The notes: generated by a model from the sequence alone, not told the origin. Positions 18,349 to 28,598 are shown, counted from the first letter of the stretch. The stretch: DNA of 57,205 bases from a bacterium (GCA_024278215.1 JAJRTR010000165.1:1-57205), one strand, 5' to 3'. Program-made: numbers and translations.

Positions 18349-20004
18349 ATGAAAAAGACAGGAATCGCAGTACTGATCACGGTGATAGTAGCGCTGTTTA
18401 TCGTCACCGCACATGCGGAACAAAACCAGGATGTGGCGATACTCTCGTATTATGAAGGCGACGTGCAGTTGAAGCTTAACGACGAGAGCGACTGGGGACC
18501 GGTCGAACAGGATATTGCCCTGCAAAAAAACGATATGATCAAAACTGGTCCGGACGGCAAGGCACGCATCGTGCTCGAGGACGAATCCGTTATTGTTATC
18601 GGCCCACTTTCTTTGTTCAAAATATCCTTCGTGGAAATAAACAACACAACAGGAAAGAAGAACTCGGGATTTTACCTTGAAGAAGGCATGGCCCGTGCGA
18701 AAGTGTCAAAACTGACTACGGATGATTCCGCGTTCACAATCTCGACCCCCACGGCAGTTGCCGGAGTTCGGGGCACCGAATTCGCCGTCGAGTCTCTTAA
18801 AGACAAGAATATTACAACCGTGACGGTGTTCGAGGGCGCGGTCGAGGTGGGTGATCGAATAAATAAGTTTAAAAACGCAGTCATGGTGTTGAAAGAGCAG
18901 GCGACGGACGTCACACTGGGCGAAGGTGCGGCGAGACCAAGGAAAGTAGACATGCAGCGTCTGAAAAAGTTGCGGCAGAAACTGTCGAACGCAAATATCG
19001 AATCCGGCGGAGACGCACCATCGGCCAGTGACAAAAAAGCCGCGGCGGTAATCGCCATCAAGCGTTCCGGGCTCGGCAGTGAGAAAGAAAAAGAACTGGT
19101 GCACGAGGTAAAGAATGGAAATGTGCCGGCCGAACAGATAAAAACCGTGCTCAACCTTAAGGCACAGGGTGCTTCGGACACGGATGTCAACAAAGCGCTG
19201 GATGTTGTCCGCAACAAAAATGTCGATCCGCAGACGGTGAAAAAACTTTATCAGGATATAAAAAACAAGGGCGACAGCAGCGCAATAAGTGAAGCGGTAA
19301 AGAAATTCGAGGAGAAATCGAAGAAACTCGACGACCGGCCTGAACCGCCTTCGTCGGGAACAGCGCCTGCCGGCGCATCGCAAAAACCGCCTGCTTCCGG
19401 TGCAGCGCCAAAGCCGAACGTGCCGTCTCCCGGAATGAAGGAAAAGATTAAAGAGAAAATCGGCGACGCAAAAAACAATATCGACGACAGGAAAAATAAG
19501 GACGGGGGCAATCAGGGATCTACCGGTGACCCGGCAGGGGTAAAATCGAAAGAAAAGACGCTGATAGAAAGAGCGAAGCAGGCACATATCCCGAAGAAAA
19601 AACTCGAGCAGTTGATCAGGTCTTTTAAGGAGGGAAAACTCGACTTCGCGGATGTTTCACTTATAATCGATGCCGCCGCTCGAGGCGTAGACATACATTT
19701 CATCGAAAAGATTCTTGGCAAAATTCAGAAAACACAATTAAATGTCAAGACAAAAAGGCTTTTGCTCAACGCCGTCAGATTCGGGATGGCCCCTGAGCAG
19801 GTAAAAGCCATATTCGAGAAAATCAAGCTGATAAAAAACAACGATGTTAAGGGCATGACCGAGATCGAAAAGCAATTGAAAGCATTTATTAAAACAAAAG
19901 TCAATCAGCCTGTAACCAACACCGGCGCAAATCAGTTGCCGGGCACAGCGCCGCCGGGCGGCAACGACAACACAACTTCCGCCCCGAGAGTTCTCAGCCA
20001 CTGA
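18349..20004 (+). CDS. Exported FecR-domain protein with a long Lys-rich helical C-terminal region
   Basis: Signal peptide AHA, IKTGPDGKARI, FTISTPTAVAGVRGTEFAV, VTVFEGAVEV. Confidence 0.85.
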   Translation: MKKTGIAVLITVIVALFIVTAHAEQNQDVAILSYYEGDVQLKLNDESDWGPVEQDIALQKNDMIKTGPDGKARIVLEDESVIVIGPLSLFKISFVEINNTTGKKNSGFYLEEGMARAKVSKLTTDDSAFTISTPTAVAGVRGTEFAVESLKDKNITTVTVFEGAVEVGDRINKFKNAVMVLKEQATDVTLGEGAARPRKVDMQRLKKLRQKLSNANIESGGDAPSASDKKAAAVIAIKRSGLGSEKEKELVHEVKNGNVPAEQIKTVLNLKAQGASDTDVNKALDVVRNKNVDPQTVKKLYQDIKNKGDSSAISEAVKKFEEKSKKLDDRPEPPSSGTAPAGASQKPPASGAAPKPNVPSPGMKEKIKEKIGDAKNNIDDRKNKDGGNQGSTGDPAGVKSKEKTLIERAKQAHIPKKKLEQLIRSFKEGKLDFADVSLIIDAAARGVDIHFIEKILGKIQKTQLNVKTKRLLLNAVRFGMAPEQVKAIFEKIKLIKNNDVKGMTEIEKQLKAFIKTKVNQPVTNTGANQLPGTAPPGGNDNTTSAPRVLSH

Positions 20005-20062
20005 CGGATTCGGTTGCATACCGCGGATGCTGAAAACAAAATCCACAAGCAGAACAACCCGG

Positions 20063-20091
20063 CTCCCCTCCCACTGCGGAGGGGGGTTTTT
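20063..20091 (+). terminator. Probable intrinsic terminator
   Basis: CCCCTCC-cactgc-GGAGGGG followed by GGTTTTT. Confidence 0.55.
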
Positions 20092-20173
20092 GCGAAAAGC
20101 GGGACAGGTAAGTCCCTGTTTTTCACACATTAAAAATGTGGTTGTTTTTAACCCACTTTTATGTCGCACACCC
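20092..20173 (-). repeat. Repeat family B, copy 2 (empty allele)
   Basis: Its reverse complement matches 9580-9784 with the 112-bp insert and one copy of the 11-bp duplication removed. Confidence 0.8.
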
Positions 20174-20194
20174 AAGACGTAAGAAAACAATTTA

Positions 20195-20344
20195 GAGCCA
20201 ATGCAAAATTATGTTCGTAGCGAGGTCAAACGAAATTTTTCAGAAGCAAGGCGGAGGTGCAAAATCCCCGCAGGCGTACTCGCCGAGTACGTTGAGGATG
20301 ATTTTGTGCCGACAACGCAGCTATGGACAATTGCAGCCGACCGC
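20195..20344 (-). mobile_element. MITE family A, copy 3 (reverse orientation, one end truncated)
   Basis: GAGCCAATGCAAAATTATGTTCG...GCAGCCGACCGC is the reverse complement of family A. Confidence 0.85.
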
Positions 20345-20445
20345 GCCCTCAAAACGTCGATACAAAGTTGACACGACACCATGTTGTTTCTCGATTTCAC
20401 ATACGCAATTACTATTGATAACCGCTATAGCGGTTACTGAAAAAG

Positions 20446-22245
20446 TTATTCCCCCGGTTTGTCGCTATAGAAGTCGTCATACTTTTTCCGTTGCGAACTC
20501 ATAATCATATCAAGCGCGTATTCCATAGCGACTTCTTCAATGAATCGGAGTATCTTCGCTTTGAGTTTCGGAGCGACAGCTTTTCTGACATCGACCGTTT
20601 CAACAAGCAGTGCCGGGAATCTCGCGCAGATTTTCTTCTGCTCCCGCTTCTCGCTCACGAGTCCTTTTCGATTGAAGCCGTGCTGGTGTTTATTCATGCG
20701 GAGGGGGCTCCTGAAGTCGCGGTATATCCATATAAACCAGCCGGCCATCCAGTCGAGCGAGTTCAGCGTTTTTATGTAATATTCAAGCAACCGCGCCTGC
20801 CTGTTCTCGGAGAACCTTTTGCGAAACGGGCTGAGGAATCCCGCTTTTGCGCCAGCTCCGAATTCCGTAATTATCCACGGCTTGTCCGGCGCGGTAGTCC
20901 TGGTTATATCAAGTATTTCGGGCAGCATCCGCTCGTCGCCGAAGTACCAGCCGACGTAGCAGTTGAGGCACGCGACGTCCGAGGCTCGCCTTGTTTCATC
21001 GAGCGCGAAGCGCGACGACACATAAGTGACGATCCTCGTGTCGTCCTGTCTCCGCGTTTCTTCCATGAGCCGGCGCATGAAGCAGGCGCAGTCGGGGTTC
21101 TCGACAGGCACCTCATTGCCTACAGACCAGAGGATAACGCTCGGGTGATTGTAGTCTCTGTCTATCATGTCGCGCACCATAGCCGCCGCCCTGTCGTACA
21201 CAGCGCCGTCGGCATAATCGATAGACCAGTAGACGGGGATTTCCTCGAGGACCAGCAGTCCGATCTCGTCCGCGGCGTCGACAAGCGCCTCATCGTGTGT
21301 GTAATGTGCGGTTCTGAGCGCGTTGAACCCGAGAGATTTTATGTCGCGCACATCACGAAATCGTTCTGCCCTCGGTATCGAGCGGCCATAAGGGAGCAGT
21401 TCCTCATGGAGGCTGACTCCCTTTAGTTTTATCTTTTCCCCGTTGAGCAGAATCCAATGGCCGCTTACCCTGATCGTCCTTATTCCGAACCGCACCTCGT
21501 AGCCGGTAGCTTCGGCTTCGGGGGCGGGCGAAAGTTTCAGAAAGTAAAGATTCGGGGCGTCGGGAGTCCACAGACTGGGATTCTTTATTCTTATTTCAAA
21601 ACCGTCCGTCACAGCGCGGGGCGAAAAAACGCCCCCTGCAACCGCAGCGCCTTCGAACTCGATCTCCCATGCGAAATCGAACACTTCATGCTGGAAGATC
21701 GACACTGTTATCACCGCTTCGCCGCACTCGAGGTCTGTTTTCACTTTCACGTCGCGGAAGTGGCGTGGGCTCCTGTAGTGCAACTGCACGTCGCGCACGA
21801 TACCGCCGTAATTGAACCAGTCGCACAGTTCACCGGGTATCCTTTTGGGTGACCGCTCGTTGTCCACCATCACCACAAGCCGGTTTTCCAGCGCAAGCAC
21901 ATCTTCAGGAATAATGTATTCGAACGGCAGCCAGCCGCCCTCGTGTGTGCCGAGCGGAACACCGTTCAGCCATGCTTTGCACAAATAATTCACGGCGAAA
22001 AACCTTATTACTTTTATCACATCGCACTCGCGCTGTTTCGTCGGCGCCCGGAAATCTTTCATGTACCAGAACGTGCCCTCATAGCGGAAGTAATCACTGG
22101 AATTGTTCCAGCAGCCGGGAACATCCGTTTCCTCCCAGTCGCAGGTCGACGTGTCGGCCGGTAAAGTGTCGAACCACTTTTCACGCTCACCCTTTTTGCC
22201 GGGATCAGGTTTCGCGAGCCATTTGCCGTTCAACGAATAAATCAT
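20446..22245 (-). CDS. Glycoside hydrolase family 2 (beta-glucuronidase-like)
   Basis: GTHEGG, DWFNYGGI.R, GVSLHE, RTAHY, WSVGNE (acid/base), ITEFG (nucleophile), NRKG. Confidence 0.9.
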   Translation of the reverse strand: MIYSLNGKWLAKPDPGKKGEREKWFDTLPADTSTCDWEETDVPGCWNNSSDYFRYEGTFWYMKDFRAPTKQRECDVIKVIRFFAVNYLCKAWLNGVPLGTHEGGWLPFEYIIPEDVLALENRLVVMVDNERSPKRIPGELCDWFNYGGIVRDVQLHYRSPRHFRDVKVKTDLECGEAVITVSIFQHEVFDFAWEIEFEGAAVAGGVFSPRAVTDGFEIRIKNPSLWTPDAPNLYFLKLSPAPEAEATGYEVRFGIRTIRVSGHWILLNGEKIKLKGVSLHEELLPYGRSIPRAERFRDVRDIKSLGFNALRTAHYTHDEALVDAADEIGLLVLEEIPVYWSIDYADGAVYDRAAAMVRDMIDRDYNHPSVILWSVGNEVPVENPDCACFMRRLMEETRRQDDTRIVTYVSSRFALDETRRASDVACLNCYVGWYFGDERMLPEILDITRTTAPDKPWIITEFGAGAKAGFLSPFRKRFSENRQARLLEYYIKTLNSLDWMAGWFIWIYRDFRSPLRMNKHQHGFNRKGLVSEKREQKKICARFPALLVETVDVRKAVAPKLKAKILRFIEEVAMEYALDMIMSSQRKKYDDFYSDKPGE

Positions 22246-22392
22246 GTTGCAGCCTCCGAATTTCCAGCCTCTATTCTGACACAGGCGGCGGCTTCCGCGA
22301 AAGAGTCTGCATTAAATAATTGGCAGGATGTCGCACATCATTTTTCGTCGCGTGGAACCGGCCGGTGTTCGCGTCTGTTGAGGCCATTGAAG

Positions 22393-22451
22393 GAGCCGAT
22401 TGCAAAATTCCGATTCGGCTGCGGTCGGCTGCGGTCGGTGGCAATCGGCTT
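22393..22451 (+). mobile_element. MITE family A, copy 4 (internally deleted, 59 bp)
   Basis: GAGCCGATTGCAAAATT...GCAATCGGCTT; direct repeat GAAG on both sides. Confidence 0.75.
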
Positions 22452-22505
22452 GAAGGAATTAGTATTCCGCACTTGCAAATTTTTGAAGCAGTGCCAGAAT
22501 AGATA

Positions 22506-23324
22506 ATGACTGAACAAAGTAATATGAAACCGGAAGGCGGAAAAATGCTTACACGCGATCTTGAGATACTGGGCAGGCGCCGATGCCGCCTCTGCTGGAT
22601 AAAAGAAGACGAACAGACCGCCGAAAAGCTCGAGGAAGAATCCCGCAAACATCCCGAAGACGGCGAACTGCACATCAAACTTGCCTGCGCATATCTCAAG
22701 CTATGCAAATACGACGAGTCGATCAAAGCTTCAAAGACAGCTATAGAAAACGGTATGGACAATGATCGCGGGTTCGCGCAACTGGGGCGCGCACTCATAG
22801 AATCCGGCCGGCTCGAAGAAGGCCGCAAAGCCAGTCTCCATGCTTTTAAAATCAATTCCGACAATATCACCGCGCTGCTGAATCTCGCCGTTTACAATTC
22901 GCTTAAAGGTGATTATCAGACAGCCATGGACTATTTCGATATTTCCGAGAAGGTCGCCCCGTACTACCACCGCCTCTACGGTGAGCGGGGGCTGCACTAC
23001 GCCCGTGTCGGCATGATTAACGAAGCGCTTGAAGACCTCAAGACAGCGATAAAGTATGACCCATGCAATCACACACATTATCACAACATGAGCGACATAT
23101 ATATGAAGAACGGCATGATGGACGACGCCGAGAAGACACTTCTCAAGTCAATCGACAATCGACCCGGATGTGCCGAATCATATCACAGCCTCGCTCAGAT
23201 ATGTGCCGAAAAAGATAATCTTGAAGAGGCTGTGAAAAATATCGACAGGGCCGTCAGGCTTCATCCTGAAAATGAAGAATTCCGGGAATACCGCAGGCAA
23301 CTCAAAGAACAAAAACAATCATGA
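22506..23324 (+). CDS. Tetratricopeptide repeat protein
   Basis: About seven TPR-like units (for example EALEDLKTAIKYDP, EAVKNIDRAVRLHPEN). Confidence 0.85.
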   Translation: MTEQSNMKPEGGKMLTRDLEILGRRRCRLCWIKEDEQTAEKLEEESRKHPEDGELHIKLACAYLKLCKYDESIKASKTAIENGMDNDRGFAQLGRALIESGRLEEGRKASLHAFKINSDNITALLNLAVYNSLKGDYQTAMDYFDISEKVAPYYHRLYGERGLHYARVGMINEALEDLKTAIKYDPCNHTHYHNMSDIYMKNGMMDDAEKTLLKSIDNRPGCAESYHSLAQICAEKDNLEEAVKNIDRAVRLHPENEEFREYRRQLKEQKQS

Positions 23325-23544
23325 ACCGATTGCGGCCGACCGCAGACAAACAGAGTTTTGAAAGTGTCGCATAAGCAACACAGAGTGTCGGTTCCGGTTG
23401 GCTATTTGAATGTTTTTTACCTGTTACACTATGAAAAAAAGACATATCAAATATAATATTGGTTGCTGTATAAAGAGAATTATTTAAGCGGAAAACCCCT
23501 CAACCTGGAAGGGATGACTGCTGTATTGGTATATAAAATACATT

Positions 23545-24945
23545 ATGCCGGATGAAATAAACAACAACGATTTCCTGGAAAAAGATGAGCTTTCCATACT
23601 CGATTACTTCCGCATAATCAAAAAATATAAATATCTCATTGCCACCGTGTTTATCCTGATCGTCACCACCTCGTTTGTTATGAGTTTCTTCGAGGAACCT
23701 GTTTATGAGACAACATCGGTGATTATCGTCAGCGGCGAGCGTGAGCAGGATACTCCCATTTATTCGGCATATCAATCGATCCGTGAAGCTGTCGATCCAA
23801 GAACAATGAAAATGCCGACATCTGAAGAGATCAATCAGTTTTATGTCGCCCTGGTGGAATCTGATAAGTTCGCCCGCCGGGTAGCCTGGAATATCGACAG
23901 GAAACTACACCCGAAAAAACCGGTTCACAAGCTTGACAACAGCTACGTGATTCCCGATTATCTCAAGTTTGACCTTATAGTGAAAAGCAAAGAACCCAGA
24001 ATTTTGAGGATCACTGTCAGCACAAACGACGCGAAGCTGGCCGCCATGATCGCGAATGAATATTTCTATGTCATGGAAGACTATCTCATGGCCAACGAAC
24101 TCTCCGCAGCTACCCGCAAACGCGTTTTTATAGAAGACCGCCTTGTGTCCGCAAAAGAAGAATTGTCGAAAGCGGAGGAAGCCGGGAAAGAATTCCTGGA
24201 AAAGTATGGAGTCATTTCCGATCCGAAAGCGGAACTGACATCGAACCTTAATGTCTACACCGATCTGCGAAAGCAACTCGCCCTGGCGCAGGTTACAATG
24301 GCGGCTCAGATATCCCGGCGCGACGCCATCATCGAGGCGGGCATGCCCATGGATGGTGAAATAGCTGTTGTTTCACCCGATGTTTATCTGCGCGATCTTG
24401 CTATCGTTCACCTCAGGAACATGCTTGTGGAAAAAGAAGTGGAACTCACACGCGCCAAGCAGCTCTATTACCACGATCACCCGAAAATCCGTATGCTCAG
24501 GGAAGACCTCGATAGTCTCAAGCTGAAGTTTAAGGAGGAGGTCAAGAACTACAACAAAACAGAAGTGCTCTCCCAGGACATCAACATCATCAGCATGAAC
24601 GCCAAAGTGGAAGACCTCGAAAGATTCATTACCGACTACAATTATAAATTCGCGCAGTTTCCTTCCCTTTCAAATATGTATCAGCGTCTCTTCAGGGACA
24701 TCGAGCGAAAAACGGAGTTGGTCAACTACCTGAAGTCGGAATACGAGACGTCGAAGATCGAAGAGGCGCGCCAGAAGCCTTCTGTTGAAATGCTGGATGA
24801 AGCACCCCTTCCCAAAGTTCGCAGCCATCCGCGCCTCAAGTTGAGACTGCTCATTTCCGCCGTACTCGCTCTATGCCTCGGCGTGTGCCTTGCCTTCTTC
24901 TTCGACTACATCGAGCGCGAACGCCTCAGGGAAAACAGTTATTAG
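23545..24945 (+). CDS. Wzz/GumC-like polysaccharide co-polymerase
   Basis: ELSILDYFRII plus TM, EPVYETTS, coiled coil with DHPKI, LDEAPLP...P plus C-terminal TM; no kinase domain. Confidence 0.85.
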   Translation: MPDEINNNDFLEKDELSILDYFRIIKKYKYLIATVFILIVTTSFVMSFFEEPVYETTSVIIVSGEREQDTPIYSAYQSIREAVDPRTMKMPTSEEINQFYVALVESDKFARRVAWNIDRKLHPKKPVHKLDNSYVIPDYLKFDLIVKSKEPRILRITVSTNDAKLAAMIANEYFYVMEDYLMANELSAATRKRVFIEDRLVSAKEELSKAEEAGKEFLEKYGVISDPKAELTSNLNVYTDLRKQLALAQVTMAAQISRRDAIIEAGMPMDGEIAVVSPDVYLRDLAIVHLRNMLVEKEVELTRAKQLYYHDHPKIRMLREDLDSLKLKFKEEVKNYNKTEVLSQDINIISMNAKVEDLERFITDYNYKFAQFPSLSNMYQRLFRDIERKTELVNYLKSEYETSKIEEARQKPSVEMLDEAPLPKVRSHPRLKLRLLISAVLALCLGVCLAFFFDYIERERLRENSY

Positions 24946-24978
24946 CTATATGCTGTACCCGAAAGGAATACAATGAAC

Positions 24979-25132
24979 AAGCTTGATTCGTGTGTAAAAA
25001 ACCGCGGATGACATTTGGTAATAGCCAATAAGCAACAATAGCGAACTCGCAAAAGATCTTTTTTGTGCATTTCCGCCGACTTTGAAAACAACGGCTGTAT
25101 TGGGTATGACTAATTACACGCGAATCAAGTTT
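24979..25132. mobile_element. Putative MITE family E (154 bp, single copy)
   Basis: Inverted ends AAGCTTGATTCGTGTGTAA / TTACACGCGAATCAAGTTT (17 of 19 match); no clear target duplication. Confidence 0.55.
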
Positions 25133-25157
25133 AGTATCAATTAAACCTTATTGTTTT

Positions 25158-25186
25158 TAGCCTGCATTGGTGAAATATGCGGGTTA
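25158..25186. repeat. 29-bp palindrome family D
   Basis: TAGCCTGCAT-TGGTGAAAT-ATGCGGGTTA. Confidence 0.75.
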
Positions 25187-25223
25187 CAAGTGTGACTGGA
25201 CACTACACTTTAAGTTCCATCAA

Positions 25224-25232
25224 TGTTATAAT
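25224..25232 (+). promoter_or_regulatory. Extended -10 promoter of the pentapeptide-repeat gene
   Basis: TGTTATAAT (perfect TGnTATAAT), followed by GGGGGGAG RBS at 25261-25268. Confidence 0.55.
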
Positions 25233-25278
25233 GCTATGAATTCAAGTCGGTAAACATTTCGGGGGGAGTTGAATCATT

Positions 25279-25710
25279 TTGAAATTATCAAGATTTGTAA
25301 GCGTGGGTGTCAACAACAACGGTCTCATTAACATCGGGATCAGGAACAAAGGACTCGTAAACATCGGGATAGTGAATGAAGGGCTGCTGAATCATGGTGT
25401 TGTCAACAGGGGCCTTGTCAACAGCGGCATCGTCAACCGGGGCGGCTGGAACCTGGGTGTCGTGAACAGGGGCTTCTTCAATGCGGGACTGGTCAATCTC
25501 GGCATCGGCAAAGGCGTCTTCAGCTACGGCCTCGTCAACCGTGGCCTCGTGAACAAAGGCATAAAAAACCGCGGCTTTGTTAATATCGGTGTTGTCAACA
25601 GGGGAACGATAAACCACGGACTCGTTAATCGCGGGCTGATAAATTCAGGCGCGTTCAACCTCGGCATTATCAACAGGCGGCGTACCTTGCAACAGCTCGC
25701 GGACGCTTGA
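25279..25710 (+). CDS. Hypothetical N-x-G-x-x pentapeptide-repeat protein
   Basis: 22 NxGxx units in 143 aa, synonymous codons vary between units, TTG start with a strong RBS. Confidence 0.8.
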   Translation: MKLSRFVSVGVNNNGLINIGIRNKGLVNIGIVNEGLLNHGVVNRGLVNSGIVNRGGWNLGVVNRGFFNAGLVNLGIGKGVFSYGLVNRGLVNKGIKNRGFVNIGVVNRGTINHGLVNRGLINSGAFNLGIINRRRTLQQLADA

Positions 25711-25824
25711 AGTATTCTGTTTTTATCTTGTATTATCCTCATTATAAAACGACATGGCCGTAGCCGCGTTGCGGCGCGTTGTTTCCGTGCGCGGCGGCTT
25801 TTCGAAGATGAAGAAAGCGCGTCT

Positions 25825-27243
25825 ATGAAATATATTCTCGGTATCGATCTTGGAACACAGAGCGTGAAAGCGGGATTGCTTTGCGTCGAAACAATGAGGC
25901 TGGAACATCTTGTTTCATGCGGCTATCCCGGCGCACCGCTCCAGGAGCCGGAAGTGCTGTGGCGCGGCACAGTCGATGCGATCAGGCAGATAACCGCTTC
26001 TGCGCCCGACCCGGAAATCGCGGGTATCGGCATCTCAGGGCAGATGCACGGGACGGTTCTGTATGACGTGCAGGACAACATTATCGGACCGGTAATCAAC
26101 TGGCAGGACGAGCGGGGCAACGAGGCACACGATGCGTTCGACGGCGCGTCTGCCGTCGAGTACATGAACAGCCTGATCGACGAAGAAGATGCGCGCGAAC
26201 TCGGCGTCGATGTGCTTGCGAGCGGGTTCACGGGCGTCACCTTATTCCATATTATGAAAACCGACCGTGAACTGTTCGACAGGACAGCACATGTTCTGTT
26301 GCCGACGGATTTCCTGCGTCGCAGGCTCACAGGCGGCGGCGATTATGTTACAGACCCGACGAACGCGTTCAGTACGGGGCTTTTCAACACGATGCGGAAC
26401 CGGTGGTCCAGCGAAGTGATCGACGCGCTCGGACTGCCGCCGGCAATATTGCCGAAAGTCGTGCCCACGGATGAAGTGACAGGTGGCGTTCACCCCGGCG
26501 CAGCCGCCGCGACCGGCCTCGCGCCCGGCACTCCGGTTATCTGCGGCGGCGGCGACAATCAGATGTGCATGATAGGCAGCGGCGTGTTCGACACTGCTTC
26601 TCCCATTATGTTAAACATCGGCACCAGCGGCCAGTTCTGCGCTGTGACCGGCAGCTACAAAAAAATCGCCGGCATCGACACCCGGAGCTTCATAAACGGC
26701 CTCTTCGCCTACGTCGGTGCGGGACTCACCGGCGGCATGGCTTATACATGGTTGAGAGACAGCCTGCTCGACGACATTCGGCGACTCGGACTTGAACTCG
26801 ACGGCGGAAACAACTTGTATGCAGTCCTCGACACACTCGCCGCCGGGGTGGACAGCGGCTGCGACGGCCTCGAGTTCTCTCCCCTGCTTCGGGGCACACG
26901 CCGAAACCCATCGCTCAGAGCGTCTTTCTCGGGAATTTCTCTCAACAACTTCTCGCTCGGACATCGCGCCCGTGCTGTAATGGAAGGTGTTGTAACAGAG
27001 TTGTACGGTTTCTACAAACTCTGCGGCGAATTGCGGACCGCCTCGATCACGGGCGCGGGCAACGGCCTTGTCGAAAGCTGCCTGTGGCGGAGTATAACCG
27101 CGCGGGTTTTCGAGTTGCCGCTGAATGTTATGGATTTCGAGAATGCCGTCTACGGCGCCGCCCTGGTCGCCGCGCAGGGACTCGGTCTTGCCGGTATCGA
27201 AGACGGCAGATTCGATTTCAGCTTTTCGTGTGATCCCGGGTAA
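25825..27243 (+). CDS. FGGY-family carbohydrate kinase (xylulo/sedoheptulokinase-like)
   Basis: LGIDLGTQSVK, GISGQMHG, WQDER, GGGDNQ, NIGTSGQ, AVMEGV. Confidence 0.9.
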   Translation: MKYILGIDLGTQSVKAGLLCVETMRLEHLVSCGYPGAPLQEPEVLWRGTVDAIRQITASAPDPEIAGIGISGQMHGTVLYDVQDNIIGPVINWQDERGNEAHDAFDGASAVEYMNSLIDEEDARELGVDVLASGFTGVTLFHIMKTDRELFDRTAHVLLPTDFLRRRLTGGGDYVTDPTNAFSTGLFNTMRNRWSSEVIDALGLPPAILPKVVPTDEVTGGVHPGAAAATGLAPGTPVICGGGDNQMCMIGSGVFDTASPIMLNIGTSGQFCAVTGSYKKIAGIDTRSFINGLFAYVGAGLTGGMAYTWLRDSLLDDIRRLGLELDGGNNLYAVLDTLAAGVDSGCDGLEFSPLLRGTRRNPSLRASFSGISLNNFSLGHRARAVMEGVVTELYGFYKLCGELRTASITGAGNGLVESCLWRSITARVFELPLNVMDFENAVYGAALVAAQGLGLAGIEDGRFDFSFSCDPG

Positions 27244-27282
27244 CGGCAGTGGTCGATATGAAAATATAGGAGCAACAACATA

Positions 27283-27969
27283 ATGAAGTGCAGAATAAAA
27301 ATATGCGGGCTGTGCCGCGTCGAGGATGTTGAATTCGTGTCGCGCAAAGAAATCGACTTTGCCGGGATGCTGATCGACATGCCGTCGCCGAGGTCGCAGA
27401 CTATCGAGTCGGCCGCCGCACTGGCCGACCATGCGGAAATTCCGGTTGTGCTTCTTTTCATGAATGCCGCCATCGAAAAAATAATACGCGCGGATGCCGA
27501 AGTCGGTGCCGCGGCTGTACAACTGCATGGCGACGAAGACACGGATTTCGTCAGCGACCTCAGAAACAGGATAGTGTGTGAGATATGGAAATGCGTACAT
27601 TTGCCTGCTGACGGCCTGGGCGATGTGGATGAGGAGGCGGTGTTTGCACGAATGAAAGAATACATTGACGCCGGAGCGGACCGGATTCTGCTGGACACAG
27701 TTGTAATCGGCCCGGACGGGCAAAAACAGATGGGTGGCACCGGAAAAACATCGGACTGGGCCGTCGCCGCGCGGCTTGTCGCGAAAGCGGACTTCCCCGT
27801 GATGATCGCGGGTGGGTTGAATCCCGACAATGTGGCCGCCGCCGTCCGGCAGGTCAGGCCGTGGGGAATCGACCTGTCCAGCGGCGTGGAAGATGCCAGG
27901 TGCGAAAAAAGCCAAAAGAAAATTAACCGGATTATCGACAGAGTCCGAAGAACTCAAGAGGAATTATAG
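27283..27969 (+). CDS. trpF: Phosphoribosylanthranilate isomerase
   Basis: IKICGL, VQLHGDE, GGTGKTSDW, IAGGLNPDNV, IDLSSGVE. Confidence 0.93.
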   Translation: MKCRIKICGLCRVEDVEFVSRKEIDFAGMLIDMPSPRSQTIESAAALADHAEIPVVLLFMNAAIEKIIRADAEVGAAAVQLHGDEDTDFVSDLRNRIVCEIWKCVHLPADGLGDVDEEAVFARMKEYIDAGADRILLDTVVIGPDGQKQMGGTGKTSDWAVAARLVAKADFPVMIAGGLNPDNVAAAVRQVRPWGIDLSSGVEDARCEKSQKKINRIIDRVRRTQEEL

Positions 27970-27981
27970 CCGCAACCGGTT

Positions 27982-28374
27982 TCAATCCACGCCGATGCCG
28001 GACAACTCTTCCTCTATCCTGCTAATCAGTGCATTGGGCGCTATCGGTTTTGAAAAGATCGAACTTTCGGGTATGATGTCCGCGGAATCGCCAAGTGTAA
28101 CTTTTATCTGCGATTTCGTAAGTGAAGACAGGAATATCACAGGAATATCCGCCGTTTCCTCGTTTTCTCTCATTTCCAGATAAATCTCGAGTCCGCTTTT
28201 GCCCGGCAGATAAAGATCAAGCACTACAAGATCAGGCCGCAGTTCCATTATCTTTTCCAGACCACGGTCTCCGTCCTCGACCAGCCCGGCTTCATAACCT
28301 TTACTCTCGAGCAGTATCTTCAGCGTCTCCGATATCGCTTCGTCGTCTTCTATGATCAACACTTTTATTGACAT
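27982..28374 (-). CDS. Single-domain response regulator (receiver)
   Basis: VLIIEDD, PDLVVLDLYLPGKSG, IPVIFLS, KP. Confidence 0.9.
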   Translation of the reverse strand: MSIKVLIIEDDEAISETLKILLESKGYEAGLVEDGDRGLEKIMELRPDLVVLDLYLPGKSGLEIYLEMRENEETADIPVIFLSSLTKSQIKVTLGDSADIIPESSIFSKPIAPNALISRIEEELSGIGVD

Positions 28375-28419
28375 CTTATGCTCCTGTATTCATATATACC
28401 GCGTAATGTTTATATACCC

Positions 28420-28598
28420 GAGCCAATTGCAAAATTCTGATTCGGCTACGGTCGGCTGCAATTGTCAACAGCTGCGTTGTCGGCACAAAATCATCCTCGA
28501 CGTACTCTACAAGTACGCCTGCGGGGATTTTGCGCCTCCGCCTTGCTTCCGACCGATTTAGCTCGATCTCGCTTCGAACATAATTTTGCAACGGGCTC
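28420..28598 (+). mobile_element. MITE family A, copy 5
   Basis: Family A TIRs; direct repeat ACCC on both sides. Confidence 0.9.
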
